Source of the DNA: Prorocentrum cordatum
Lineage: Eukaryota
NCBI GenBank assembly: GCA_963575745.1
Contig: CAUYUJ010000177.1
Span: 1 to 64,000, forward strand
Length of the DNA stretch: 64,000 bases
Direction of reading: 5' to 3'
Part shown: positions 1 to 11,891 of the stretch, one piece after another
Layout: the number at the start of each line of letters is the position of its first letter
Numbering within the stretch: the stretch's first letter is position 1
The notes under the pieces: model-generated
Seen by the model: the letters and a program-made list of their open reading frames with translations, nothing else
Told to the model about the DNA's origin: nothing
Databases searched by the model: none
Made by a program: the position numbers and the translations under genes

Positions 1-93
1 GGAGGGAGGAGGGAGGAGAGAGGAGGGAGGAGGGAGGAGGGAGGAGGGAGGAGGGAGGAGGGAGGAGGGAGGAGGGAGGAGGGAGGAGGGAGG
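1..93. repeat. (GGA/GGGA)n purine-rich simple repeat
   Basis: Pure G/A tract built of GGA and GGGA units. Confidence 0.95.
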
Positions 94-627
94 TGTTACG
101 GAGTTACGGGTATGGCGACCATGTCGGTTACTCCTGGAAGCAGTCATCCCTGCTGCTGCCTGGCTCTTCTTGCCTGTTCACGCTTACTGTAGACCTTAGG
201 TCGCAGCCCTTGTAGTATACGCTTGCGATAATCGGCTCGATTACCGTCGAGGCGTGCGGTGCAATCCTTACCGAGCTGTGCTAGCTGTTCCGCTGCACAA
301 CTCCCACAGACATTGCAACACCACAACCTCAGCCCCATGTGAAACTTTAAAGCGTGAGACTCGTGAGCGTACCCCCATACTGTACACCCTTTGCCAAGGA
401 GGGGGTCTACTAATCACACCGTCCACGTTACTTAATCCGAAACATGGTGAGCTCAGCCACTCGTGCTTACATGCGAGTGAGGTCGACCCCATACAGCGTA
501 TGCAACTACGGCCATTGTCACCCAGGTGGTGCGACGAGGCGAACATTGCACAAACACTGGCTGCAGGGGGTTGAACGACGGTGGTGGCCGATCTCCGCTG
601 CCTCCTTCGTGCAACTGGAGACTCAGC

Positions 628-3300
628 CTACATCAACTTATCTTCAGCCTGTAATGTTTCGAGCGTGCTCTGTAAAATGCGCATGCGCACAGCAACGGCC
701 ATGCTCTCGGCCCTATGTACCCGTGTGCGCGTGCTCTCAGTTAAACGTGCGATCTGCGCTCCAGCTGCGGCACATTCATCTGCGACAGTGTTGCCTATGA
801 TGATAAGCCTGGGAGCGTGCTCACCTACCATGTGCTCAGCGCCTAGGTGGGAATTAATGGACAAGACAGTGCAATGCAAATCAGGCTTGCGAGCAATTTC
901 CTGCCCAATCTTCCACCAGAGGTCGGCGTCGGCCCCCGACGGCGATAGCCACCGAGATTCGTACCAACCAGAGCACACAGTGGAATTATCCGTAGTGTAT
1001 ATAATGTGCCCCTCACTCTCACGTGTGCATACCCACAAGCAATACAGCCCACCGCGCACAACTGTCTGCCGCGCGCCTGGGAGAGCTGACCAAATGCCGA
1101 GTGAAATGTGCATGTCATCGTCGAGCGACCGAAAGAGAGCGACTCCGAGGCCGACGCGCCGAAGGCGAGGGTGGTGCATTTCCTTGCCTCCGCTGGCGTC
1201 GCCGAACAAGTACAACGGCTGCTCGGCGTAGCCGCGTTTGAAACCTGTGAAACCTGATCCTTCTGAAACATGCCACTGCTCAACATCTGGTGGATCCTCG
1301 ACGGCGACCCACGACGATGGCAGTATCCCTCTCGTCCAGAAACACTCCTCTGACTCCCACTGGGTGTATGCCTTGGCGACATACTGCTCACTTATCTGGT
1401 ACACTGAACTGGCTGACCGTGATTCGCAACCCCATATCCGGTGGAAATTGGTCTCGGGGACGAGGCGGCACCTGGGGCATTTCACGTCGAGCTCCTGCTT
1501 GCAGCGTGTCTGCCTCCTGGTCCTGGGCCAAGACGCTCCTGTCGCTGCTGCCAGCATCAGACCTGCTAGACGAGGTCCGCCTGGGCCCTCCTCCAGTTGC
1601 CGTAGTAACTGTCTGTAGGAATGATTGCATATACCTCTTTTCATGCCACTTCCGCTAAAGTGTGTGGAGGCGTCCCCCCATAACTTGGCCTGGATGGAGG
1701 ATTGAAATTCATGAAAGAGATTCTTGGGTACGTCGATGGCACTGCAACCCGTCAAGGCCTGATCATTGAAATTCCAGCTGCTCGTACCGTCGGGGATGTC
1801 CCAAGAGTTCGCTGCTGCTGGTTGCCACCCTGCATTCAGCAAGTACGCGATGACCGCAGCTTGAGGTCCTTGGATTCTTCGGCACCTCTGGGCCGCGGGG
1901 AGGGTAGTGAACTCCTGCACCAGACCAGCCCAGGTACGGCCCACTGCGATACGCACCTGTGGTTCTGACACCCATGTGGCAAGCCACATCCTCAGAGTGT
2001 CGAGGGGCAGGCGGTACGCGGGGTCCCGCTGCGGCGCCTTGAGGTCCAGTAGCGTGGTGACGCACCTGCCAGTGAGCCTCGGCGCGGAGGCGTTGGCAAG
2101 CTGGCGTCGGACGGATGTCATCTGGCCTCCGAACACGCCATGGAGCTGGTGCGCGTACAGCCCCGCTGGGGCCGCCCCTTGTTGCTCGAGTCGGCTGGTG
2201 ACTCGATACCTCCGTAGTGTCCGAGCGTATCTGGTGATCTTGGCTGACATCGCGTGATGCTTAGTCGCTCTCGATCGCCTCGTAGCCCGTGCTTGCCTGC
2301 GTCCGCCGCTCAAGTCGGCGCCGAGGTAGGGGGCCTGACTGGCGTACTTCAACTTATACCCCTGCGCAGCAACTCGGCGTGTGATGATGCGAGCATCCTC
2401 GATGTGGCTGCAGATCACGACGCTCTTAGGAGAGATCTTCAACCCTGCAGCCTCCATGATCTGGCATGTGTCGATAAGACATCGGATCACCTGTTTACGC
2501 ATACTGATTCTTGAGCCTCGGGCCACTTGTGATAGGTCATCCACCCACAAACGATGCGACATATTCACATGCGCCGTGGTGATCTTGGACATGATGAAGT
2601 GCGTGGCGCATTTCCCGAACCTCGTGCCCCCCCTCAGCCCCTGCACAATGGATCGTGTGGGGCAGAAGGGGGGGGCCGTATGCTCCTGACTGTCGAACAC
2701 ATCGTACTGCCATACATTGCTGAAGCTCGAGGCCTAGCATCTCCGCAGGAAATTCGAGTCGTAAAGCTGCGGCTCCGATGCGACACCAACCGACACTATC
2801 ATACCTCTGCGCAATATCACACAAACCGTGTCCGTGCGCAACTCCGAGACGACCTGCAAGTTCCTCGTCGACAGCACGAATCAATACTTCTCGCACAGCG
2901 GAGTTGCCGCGTACAGCAGCATCCCAGTGTGCCTCACACTCATCCGTCCACGTCTTGACATAGCCCTCTCGGGCCTGCGACCACACTCTGCCGAAATGCG
3001 ATAGGAGACCGATGACTCGGTCTCCGCTGATTTATTTGGCAGTAAAGTGCCAATGGTGATCAGCACTTGATGTGGCCACACCTGATGATATTCACAAAGG
3101 GATAGCAATGCTGCCAATTCGGCCAGAGCGATATCTGGCAGACGATCCACGTCTAGAGAACATAGCCGATCAACACCCATCGCCGAAGAGGGTTTCATTC
3201 TTCTGAGCGCAGCTCTGAGGTCAGCGACCTCGATGGGCGGCAATGTCTCGTCCTGGACGCGGCGCCTGATGTCGCCGAAGAGGTCTAGCAACTGCTGATG
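628..3300 (-). pseudogene. LINE ORF2: reverse transcriptase, zinc finger and RNase H (split over 3 frames)
   Basis: RT motifs: AMGVD, LCDIAQRYDSV, IVQGLRGG, LWVDDL, GLKISPKS, YLGADL. Zinc finger: KCPRC..ETNFHRIWGC. RNase H: LFGDASGG...LPGARQTVVRGGL...YTTDNSTV...DADLW...INSH...GNTVADECAAAG. Covered by ORFs 628-2700, 2537-2986 and 2881-3693. Confidence 0.92.
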
Positions 3301-4454
3301 GTCCTGCCCTTGTGGCGCCCGCAGCGCCTGCCATTGCTGGGTTTTAAAATCGAGCACATCACGTGGGTGGATCAGCGTACGAGTCCCCCCTTCGACTGTG
3401 TCGGAGGCCAAGGGCGTGGAGCGAATAGCCTTGTGCAGGGCGCCAACCGCAGGTGCGGTCTCTGCCCAGCTTCGGAATGATACGATTGATTGGTGAATAG
3501 CTCTCTGCTGACTGCGTCTGGCTAACTTTTCTGCAAGCTCACAACCAGCAGCCAACTCTTCCTCAGGAGGAGACCCCGGTACGACCCCTCGCAGGAACAG
3601 CTTCCACTGCACCCAGGTACAAGGATGACGCCTCCGAAGGACTCGATGTGCCTCCTCTGGCGTACTGCTTCGAAGTGCGTCGATGGCCTGCACGAGTAGC
3701 CGCTGCTGCTTACCTCCGTTGTCTCGCCGACGATGCTGGAGGAGTGATGCAAGTGCGGTGGCCAGTCTCGTCCACCACCCGCTGACTTTGTCACGGAGGG
3801 GCTCTAACCTCTATGATGTAGACTGCTGCACGGTGCCGATGCGGAAATTCGCAGCTTGCCCACGCGACAGGATGGGAACGGACTGTTGGTGATGGGCGTA
3901 GATGGCCTCCTCCACCGTGCGGACCCAGCTACAATAAAGTGAACTGATGTGAGGTGCTGCTGGATCCTGAGAACCAATCCAAAATGCAACGGACTTGGCA
4001 ACAGCATCAGCAGGCAGGCAAGCGGCACTCGGGGTGAACCCGACGTTTTTCCTGGCCTGCACCCACGTTTCGCTATTAACTTGAAACTCGGCCTCGACTT
4101 CTACAGGGGACCCTGAGCTCACCGACTGAGACAGCACCTCCGAATTGTGAGACTTGTGGACCTCACCTTCAACTGAGCTGGGTGTTAAACTCGGGGGGCG
4201 CTCGGTCTCCTTGGGCTGGGCCTGTGTGGTACATTCGACTGGACCTGATTCGACTGAAACAGGGGGCATAGAGGTAGCAACACACGGAGCTGCGGGCGGC
4301 GCAGCTGATGTGAAGTTGTTCTCGTCCGCCCACGGGTCGAACTCGGAGATGCTGTCCCAGTCGGTGAGGCGGTGGCCACAGGAGACCTCCGAGGCCTTGT
4401 CGGTCTCGTCGTCTGTGCCCTCCTGGCTCTCGTCACCTGCCTGCCGACGGAACT

Positions 4455-5370
4455 CTAAACTATCTCCAAACCACTCCCGAATTTTCTGATTGCGCTTCTC
4501 ACGTGCATTCTGCCTAGCTCCATCTTGATTTTATTGACACTAGACTTGGAACCTGCAACGGCCATATTCTCGGGCCGACTGGTTCGAGGGAGCCTCGGAG
4601 GGAGCTCAAGAAACCTCGTGAAAAGCTGGCTACCTGAGGACACTAGCTCTATGCACAGCCCAATATGTGGCCTCCATGGGACGGTGCAAACAGCCGTGAC
4701 AGATCTGATGTATGCTTTGGCCGCAGGACACACCACAAGGTAATCGAGGTGGGACGGTTTCTTGTCACCTCCTGGCGTGCACGTGAACTCAGCATCACTG
4801 CACAGGATCTGTCCTCCCGTGCGCTCCAAAAAAAACAGTTTTTGCGAGGGCGCTGGGGGTGAACTTCCAATCGCCAGCAACGATCCAGGGCAGCTGGAGA
4901 GAGAGGCTAAAAGACTAGCGAGTTTGCGAAATCGTGAAACATTCTGACCTCGGAACCCTATGGACGAGTGCCCATAGAAGATGATATATCTGTATATATA
5001 TATATGACAGAGAAACCCTTCATGTGCAAAATCACTGGCAGAACTCCGTCGAATGCCGAGCCGCGATCTGCTCGCAGCCCGCGTGCAGCCTTCGCTGCAT
5101 CTAGCACCTGGACTGGCAAGTGATTCTTGGCGTAGAAAAACTCTCCGCCTTCGCAGCTCTGGGCAGAGTCTCTGGCTTTGGGCCTAGCAGGATTGCACAA
5201 AAGCTTACGAGAACATTCGCGTGCTTTCTTGCGCCATCCTACTACAGCTCCAGGAAGTGTATGTGTTTCGCAGATGGACATGTAATCGAACGAGCTGCGC
5301 TGCAAGTGACGGATGTGCCCCCAAGCCTTATCGCCCATGCAGCTCACGTTCGCGAAGAAAATGTATGAGG
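4455..5370 (-). pseudogene. LINE ORF2 N-terminal apurinic-like (APE/EEP) endonuclease, frameshifted
   Basis: IFFANV at the start, ICETH (catalytic Glu motif), FTC..SHLDYLVV and VPWRPHIGLCI motifs, spread over ORFs 4958-5347 and 4455-4880. Confidence 0.85.
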
Positions 5371-5563
5371 AGGTAGACGTAGGTGTGGCCTCAGGATGAG
5401 TCGCTGCTGAGGACTCGCTGCTGCCAGTACCCGAAGTGGCTGCAGTGGATGTCGCCGTGGACGCACTGCAGCCAGTGCCCGATGTAGTTCCAGTACTCGA
5501 TGTACTGGTGCTCCCCGATGGCGACGTCGGAGTCGCCGTTGTACTTGACTCTGCAGACCCTAG

Positions 5564-6637
5564 TCATGAACTCGCCCTCGGAGTTCCAGCAACTGGGTCA
5601 TCGTCACGTGCTTGCTGAACCGCATCCTTGTCGCGAGCAACGGCCTCCTTCGCCTCGAAACGCGCCTTGGACAGCCGCTCGGCCTCGCGCTTGAGGGCCG
5701 CCTCCTCCTCGGCGGACGGGGCTGCGGCCTCAGCGCTGCTGGCCGTGGCACCTGGTGCCGACTGGCCCTCGACTGGAGCGGCGTCACCGCCTTCGCCGCT
5801 GCGCCTCTTCTTGGTCATCAGCTCCTGCACGGCCTTCTGCTCGCTCTTGACGCGGTCCACGAACTCACTCCATTGCGCATTCTTCTCCTTGATGGTGTTG
5901 CGGTAACCCTCGAGCTCCTCTTTGAGAGCCCTCAACTTGGCCTTCTCGCCTTCATCACAGTCCCACTCCTCGAAGGACGCGAACAACTCTTCGTTCATGT
6001 TGGGCCCGAAACATGTGGGCTCGGTGTCGTCACCCTTGGCCGTAGGTCGGAAACCTTCAGCCTTGGCGAGGGCGGCAGTGGCTGCGCGCTTGGTGCTCTC
6101 GCACTTGGCGACCTCCAGCGCCGCCTCCTGCACCTTCTTCTCCGCTGTTGCCAGCTGTCGCCGCAGGCGGATCACCTGCTCGACGAGCTGGCCGTGCCTG
6201 TTGACCGCCCCTTTGAGCGCTCCATCAGCCCGCTTGACCTGGTCAACGTCGGAGGCCGTCTGGGACGTCATGCTGCTGCTGATGCGCTGCCTCTGCGCCT
6301 TCAGCACGGCGGTGAGCTCGGCGTCGGCGCTCATGGCCATCGCCTGGTCGAGCATGGCTTCGACCTCCTGCTGCTGCTTGCTCTTGCTCCCGCCTTTGCT
6401 CCCACGTCGAGACCTGCGTGGTGTGCTGGGAGCATCTTCATCATCGAAATGAACACGTCGATCCTGACTGGGGGACCGAGACCGCCCTGACCTTGGGACG
6501 AAAATGCGAACTTCGTGCGTGCAGGTTGCACACCGATTGTTGTTCAGCAGGAGGTGATCGTTGTACTCGCATGTCTGGCAATGACTACATCTGGACCACG
6601 CCCGATGTGGTCGGCTGGTCTGCTGTGGCTTTCCCAT
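5564..6637 (-). CDS. LINE ORF1 (gag-like): N-terminal CxxC..CxxC zinc finger, RS-rich linker, coiled coil
   Basis: Intact 357-aa ATG-started ORF (WSRCSHCQTCEY...CATC) with a long heptad-rich segment, directly upstream of the APE domain. Confidence 0.8.
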   Translation of the reverse strand: MGKPQQTSRPHRAWSRCSHCQTCEYNDHLLLNNNRCATCTHEVRIFVPRSGRSRSPSQDRRVHFDDEDAPSTPRRSRRGSKGGSKSKQQQEVEAMLDQAMAMSADAELTAVLKAQRQRISSSMTSQTASDVDQVKRADGALKGAVNRHGQLVEQVIRLRRQLATAEKKVQEAALEVAKCESTKRAATAALAKAEGFRPTAKGDDTEPTCFGPNMNEELFASFEEWDCDEGEKAKLRALKEELEGYRNTIKEKNAQWSEFVDRVKSEQKAVQELMTKKRRSGEGGDAAPVEGQSAPGATASSAEAAAPSAEEEAALKREAERLSKARFEAKEAVARDKDAVQQARDDDPVAGTPRASS

Positions 6638-6787
6638 GGCTGTAATGAATTTATTCCAGCTCTCGTTATCTCAGACTGAATGTGTGGGGGGGGGGGGAAG
6701 GACAGATCTGAGATATTCCTCAAACGCCTCGTGAAGGCACTGGGATCGGACAAGAACGCGGGCCTTCGTCGGGGCGAAGGTCTTGCG

Positions 6788-6808
6788 CTCGTGCCCAAAT
6801 GGCTTGAG
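6788..6808 (-). other. Degenerate tandem DinoSL relic
   Basis: Minus strand reads CTCAAG-CCATTTGGGCACGAG versus the SL relic pattern CTCAAG-CCATTTTGGCTCAAG (12/15 in the second unit). Confidence 0.6.
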
Positions 6809-7027
6809 GGGAGGAGGGAGGAGGGAGGAGGAGCGGGGGAGGAGGGAGGAGGGAGGGGGAGGGGGTTTTGATAGGGAGGGGAGGGAGGATGGTGGGGGAT
6901 GGAGGGTGGGAGGGAGGGAGGGAGAGGGAGGGTGGGAGGGAGGGAGGGAGGGAGGAGGAGGAGGAGGAGGAGGAGGATGAGGAGGAGGAGGAGGAGGAGG
7001 AGGAGGAGGAGGAGGAGGAGGGAGGAG
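6809..7027. repeat. (GGA)n / G-rich simple repeat
   Basis: GGA and GGGA runs. Confidence 0.95.
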
Positions 7028-7235
7028 ATGCGCCTCGACCCTCGATACTCCTCGACCCTCGGCCCCCGAGGTGGCACCCCCTGCCCGCGGGCTCGGCACC
7101 CTCGCGCGACGACGCCGCCCTGCTGGGCCAGCGCGCCGCTCCGCGGGCCCGCCTGGGGCGGCGCGGCCGCCGCGCACGCGCTCGCGGCGCCCCATCAGGG
7201 GGTGCGCCTGGCGAGGGGTGAAGTCCCTAGACTTA

Positions 7236-7427
7236 TCGGGGGCAGAAAAGAGGGGGGTGATGACTAGGGGGGGTGGATATCATGGCGGGGGCCATGATAT
7301 TTCCCCAGATTTCATGGCGCCTCTGCTCATTTCATTACGTTCCTGGCCCCCCGCTGGGCCGCGCACATGCCGCCAGTCATGATTTGCACCCCGCCCTCTT
7401 GGACACCCCCCTCTTGGCCGCTCCCGA
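7236..7427. mobile_element. MITE family A (~190 bp, ~24-bp imperfect TIR)
   Basis: Ends are tcgggggcagaaaagaggggggtg and cacccccctcttggccgctcccga. A related full copy lies at 47035-47225 and a partial copy at ~36688-36780. Confidence 0.7.
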
Positions 7428-9008
7428 ACTCCTGATGTTCCAACCTACTTTAGCCTTGATCACCAGAAAGAGTTTCGGGCACCAGGAAAGTACCGAAACT
7501 GGAGGGCTGTCACGCGTCGGGCCTCGGGGGGCGATCTTCGGCCAACGCCTCGCCAGCGTGTCGGGCAGACACTGCCTCGATGTTTCTCGGGGTGCTCGAA
7601 ACCGTTTCTGGGACGTGATCCTCCCCCTCCTCCTCCTCCTCCTCCTCCTCCTCCTCCTCCTCCTCCTCCTCTGGGAACAACATCACCCTGGACCCAGAGA
7701 TCCGACGCTCCAAAACAACTCAGGCTGGCGGTCTCTGGCCAGCCTCGGCCCCCGGGGGGGCCCTCGCCGGGCCTCGGGACCGTCCAAGAGAAGCGAGTCG
7801 GGGCGGAGCGCCGGCCCTCCTCCTCCTCGTCCTCGTCCTCCTCGTCCTCCTCGTCCTCCTCGTCCTCCTCGTCTTTCTCCTCCTCCTCCTCCTCCTCCTC
7901 CTCCTCCTCCTCCCCAGGGAAGGCCCGGTCAGGGCGGAGCGCCGGCCCAGGGGGGCGGTTCTGACCTCCGGGGCCCACGCATCGAAAAACCTGGAGCAGC
8001 CGGATGTCTGGGGGCATTCCATCAGGCAGTGGCGAGGCATTTTGGTTTGCCTCTAGGTCCTCCGAAGCATGTTCTGCGGCCTTTTTTGTGGCTTGCGCGA
8101 AATGGTGTTAGACCATTTCTGGCTGAGACCGTTTAGGTTCAATCCATCGGATTTTTGTTCCAAGGGTATTTTCTGTTGTGATTCGAGAAATCTGTTGTTC
8201 TACGAACATGTCGTGGCAGGCATTCAGGAATGCCCAGTCGGTCGGTGCCTTGACATTCTAAGCCTCCCAGATGGGGTCCGAGCAGATCGGGTCGAAGGAT
8301 CACGCCGTACCGCCGATGCATCGCCGATGCGGCTCGATGTGGAGCTCGAATTTCCACGCCAACGTCGCCGAGGCGTCGCCGCCGCCGCCGATGTATCGCC
8401 GATGCTCTGCCGAGGCGTCGGCGATACATCGGCGACGCATTGCGATGCGGTGCGAGCCTCCGACGGGCCCCACCCGGGAAGCCTCTAGACATGCCCGCGC
8501 CGGGGCAAGAATCGCGGCGGGAGGTCTCTTGGGTCGCGTTCGGCCTCCGAGGGGGCCCTCGCCAGGCCCCAGTCCGTCAAGACACGACGCGGGATGCCAA
8601 GCGGGCCCCTGGGAGGGGGTCAGGACTTCTGGAGGCCCCGCGCTTCTTGAAAGCGTGAGGGCGTCGCAAGTTTGAGTCCTGCGAGGTGGGCGACGGCGTC
8701 TGTCGGGTCGGCGTGGGGCAATAGGGGGCCGTCGAGCATCGAGGCTTTCTCGGGCACTGCTGTCGGTCCTCGCCGGTCTTCCAGCCTCGGGGGGTGCTCT
8801 CCAGCAGCTGCGCCTCGCCGAGAGCGTCTCGGTGGCGCCCGGGTCGTCCCGCACAGCCGCCGCAGATAGGGAAAGCGGGGGGTGCAGAAGCTGCTGCATG
8901 CAGCGAGCCTCGGCCCCGCCGCCGGACGCTTTCATCGACGCCTTGGCGCCTCCCGGCACCAGGAGGCGCCGGGAAAACCTGCGACATCAGCTGATTCGCT
9001 AGCGTTAA

Positions 9009-9168
9009 GTCGGGCCTGTCCCTCTACAGGTGGAATATTCAAAGATAGTCAAGAAATGGTCTGGGGACGATATTTCGACCATCTTTGAGAGCATTTTTGG
9101 AGGTGTTTTTTTGACTCTTTTCTTAAAAGTTGTCGTCCAAAATCCGCCTGTCGGGGGCACACGCCCGA
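9009..9168. mobile_element. MITE family B (TIR gtcggg..tgtccc..acagg), AT-rich core
   Basis: Ends are gtcgggcctgtccctctacaggtgga and tccgcctgtcgggggcacacgcccgac, flanked by ttaa and gtaa. Confidence 0.7.
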
Positions 9169-9322
9169 CGTAACGCCAGCGCCATTCCTTTGCGAATATC
9201 CCCCCCGGTCGTCCGACTCGCGGCGGCGACGGGGACGACGACGACGCGGCGGACGGCGGCGTTCGGCGGACGGCTGCGGCGGTGCGGCGGATGGCGGACG
9301 GCGACGGCGACAGCGTGGTGTC

Positions 9323-9323
9323 C

Positions 9324-9415
<92 letters not shown>

Positions 9416-9910
9416 GCATCATCATCATCATCATCGTCAGCATCATCGTCAGCATCAGCATCATCATCATCATCAACATCAACATCATCATCATCATCAT
9501 CATCAGCATCATCGTCAGCATCATCATCATCATCACCATCGTCATCATCATCATCAGCATCAGCATCAGCATCAGCATCATCATCATCATCATCATCATC
9601 ATCTTTGCATCATCATCAGCATCATCATCTCGTCATCCTCATCCTCCTCATCATCATCCTCATTCTCATCCTCATCCTCATCCTCCTCCTCATCATCATC
9701 ATCACCGTCATCGTCACCGTCATCGTAATCGTCATCATCATAACCATTATCATCATCATCCTCATCCTCATTATCATCCTCATCATCGTCCTCCTCTACA
9801 TCATCATCATCATCACCATCATCATCACCATTATCATGATTATCATCATCATGATCATGGTCACCATCATCGCCGTCACCCACCGCCACCTTTGGTCTCA
9901 TCGTCGTCAT
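9323..9910. repeat. (CAT)n microsatellite, degenerating 3'-ward
   Basis: Direct reading of the sequence. Confidence 0.97.
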
Positions 9911-9914
9911 TACC

Positions 9915-9948
9915 CCGTAGCCAATGTTTGAGGCCATCTATGCGCAAG
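9915..9948 (+). other. Degenerate DinoSL relics upstream of Derlin
   Basis: CCGTAGCCA at 9915-9923 matches the SL 5' part. GCCATCTATGCGCAAG at 9933-9948 matches GCCATTTTGGCTCAAG at 12/16. Confidence 0.55.
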
Positions 9949-10057
9949 CCCTGCTCGCCGCAATGCTTGGCAATCTGGATCCACGCGGTGCCCGGTTAGC
10001 GATTTGCACGGAGGCTCGAGTGGCAGGCGTGACCACGTCTTTCGTCATAAACTGTTC

Positions 10058-10285
10058 ATGATGGTCTTCTCCATCGTGGGAACTCTGCCACCAGTTACGC
10101 GATGTTTGACCGTCGCGGCGGTCACGTTTATGCTACTGTGCTCTCTGGACGTGATACACCCTTACACCCTCGGCATGAACTGGCGTCTGGTCCTGTACGA
10201 GTGGCAGCTGTGGCGGCTAGCCACGAGCTTCCTCTATTTCGGGAATTTCGGACTGCAGTTTTTCGTAAACGTTTACATCCTGGTC
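10058..10285 (+). CDS. DER1: Derlin (Der1-like ERAD protein) exon 1
   Basis: MMVFSIVGTLPPVTR...WQLWRLATSFLYFGNFGLQFFVNVYILV contains the PPVTR and QxWRLxTxFLxFG Derlin signatures. The 3' boundary is set by homology (+/-2 nt). Confidence 0.93.
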
Positions 10286-10882
10286 ATCCCATGGCGTTGC
10301 CGCGGACATCCGCCCACGTACCTTCGGAACGGCACGGCTGCAGTGCGAGGTCTGGCGGCGGCCTGGCACGGCTGCTGCGATACCTCTCAGAGGGGCCTTT
10401 CTCGGGTCCTCGTGCGGACCTCTCTCGGGAGCCTCTCGGGGGGGCCCCTTGGAGCTCTTGGGGGCGCCGTTGGGGGAGCGCGGAGCTGTCTTGCTGGTTC
10501 TTGGGGCCGTCTTGCTGGTGGTGTGCCTTGGGGTCTACGAGCCTCTCGGGGCTGTCTTGGGCGGGTCTTGGGTCCTCTTGGGGCTGTCTTGGAGGCCTTG
10601 CGCCGTCCTGGGGCCGCCTTGGTGGCCTCTGGGGCGTCGTCCTGGAGCCTCGATGTGCCTCCAGGGCGCCGCCCCGAGCAGTCCAAAGGTCCTCCAAGGG
10701 GCCAAGCGAAGGCCGTCTTGAGCCCTCTTGGGCGACAAATGAAAACCGCCCGAACGCCGATAGGTTTCTCCAGGGGGCTCGCCCGGCTCGAGGCGCAGCT
10801 GAGGTCGGTGAGCCAGGCTGCGGGGGCGCAATTGGTTCGGGCAGTCATATGAGCTTGGGCACTGCGGTACCGCGTGCGGCGG

Positions 10883-10984
10883 ATGTATTGTTCCCGGCTG
10901 GAGGACGTCGCGTTTCAGGGCAGGTCCGTGGACTTTTTGTGGATGCTGGTGTCTGGCGGAGTGATGTTCCTTCTCCTGGCATCT
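10883..10984 (+). CDS. DER1: Derlin exon 2
   Basis: MYCSRLEDVAFQGRSVDFLWMLVSGGVMFLLLAS carries the YCxxLE..F...DFxxM motif. It is not in the ORF track. The 3' end could alternatively be 10978. Confidence 0.9.
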
Positions 10985-11762
10985 ATCAAGAAGACCCCAC
11001 CAGCTACATGCAGTGCCGTTTTTAACACGTGATCCGCGTGCGGATCATGTATGAAAGATGCAGGGATCCAGTACTAAAACACGATGAGCTCATGCATACA
11101 TTTATTCATGAATTCATCATGTATGACAAAACCAATATTTTGAATATCCTATGTGTTAAACGCTGCCCTGTACGCATCCTTCTGTCGGAGGCCCGCGCCG
11201 ATTCCCCTCCGCCCGCCCCCCCGTCCACGGCACGCGGAGCGCGCCACGGGCCGCGCTGCGGGCGCCGCCGGGTGGGCGGGCAGGGGAAAGTCCGGCCCTG
11301 GCCCGGGAGATCCGCTCGGGCCTCCTCCTCCTCCTCCTCCTCCTCCCTCCTGACTCCTCCTCCTCCTCCCCTTCCTCCTGCCTCCCCTCCTCTCCTCTCC
11401 CTCCCCCTCCTCTCCTCCTCCTCCTCCTCCTCCTCCTCCTCCTCCTCCTCCTCCCTCGGGCCTCCCCCGGGCCTCTGCCCTCCCAGAGCGCCGCCCACGC
11501 CTCCCTGCAGGGGCTCGAGGCGGGGCCCCTGGGCTTCTCCCCCAAGGTCAGGAGGAAGAGAAACACGCAGACACAGTTCATCGGCGATCCCCCAGAAAGT
11601 GTGGGCAAACATGGGCAGGCGGGGGGAAGACAGGCCCTGAAAACATGGGAAAACCTCAGCGGAACGATTTGATATATGTGTGCACTTCTTTGTGTGTCCT
11701 GGGGCCCCTTCACGTTTGTGTTTAATGCTTAGGCAGCTGATCGGTCTTCCGCTGTCCTTCGG

Positions 11763-11891
11763 GTGCAGAAGCACACGATCTCCTTCGTCGGCGGCTCGCT
11801 GATCGACATCATGATCTACGTGCTGGGGCGCCGCATGCACAGGGCCCGCTTCCGCGTGGGGCTCTTCCTGATCCGGGGGCCCTACCTTCCC
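11763..11891 (+). CDS. DER1: Derlin exon 3
   Basis: VQKHTISFVGGSLIDIMIYVLGRRMHRARFRVGLFLIRGPYLP carries the YVxxRR...PYLP motif. The 5' end could alternatively be 11769. Confidence 0.9.

Larger units (their letters stand above)
94..6808 (-). mobile_element. Near full-length non-LTR retrotransposon (LINE), frameshifted
   Basis: Minus-strand order is ORF1, APE endonuclease, RT, CCHC zinc finger, RNase H. There is a short tandem tail at the 3' end (gttacggagttacgg on +, 95-109), an SL-like relic at the 5' end, and GGA-type tracts on both sides. Confidence 0.9.

Noticed and set aside
9123..9999. Poly-His, poly-Met, poly-Ile ORFs (also poly-Thr and poly-Val at 27-28 kb and 40 kb)
   Set aside because: These are translations of trinucleotide microsatellites.
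10004..10852. 282-aa ORF as a complete protein
   Set aside because: Derlin similarity stops at ~10285. The rest is read-through into an intronic repeat.
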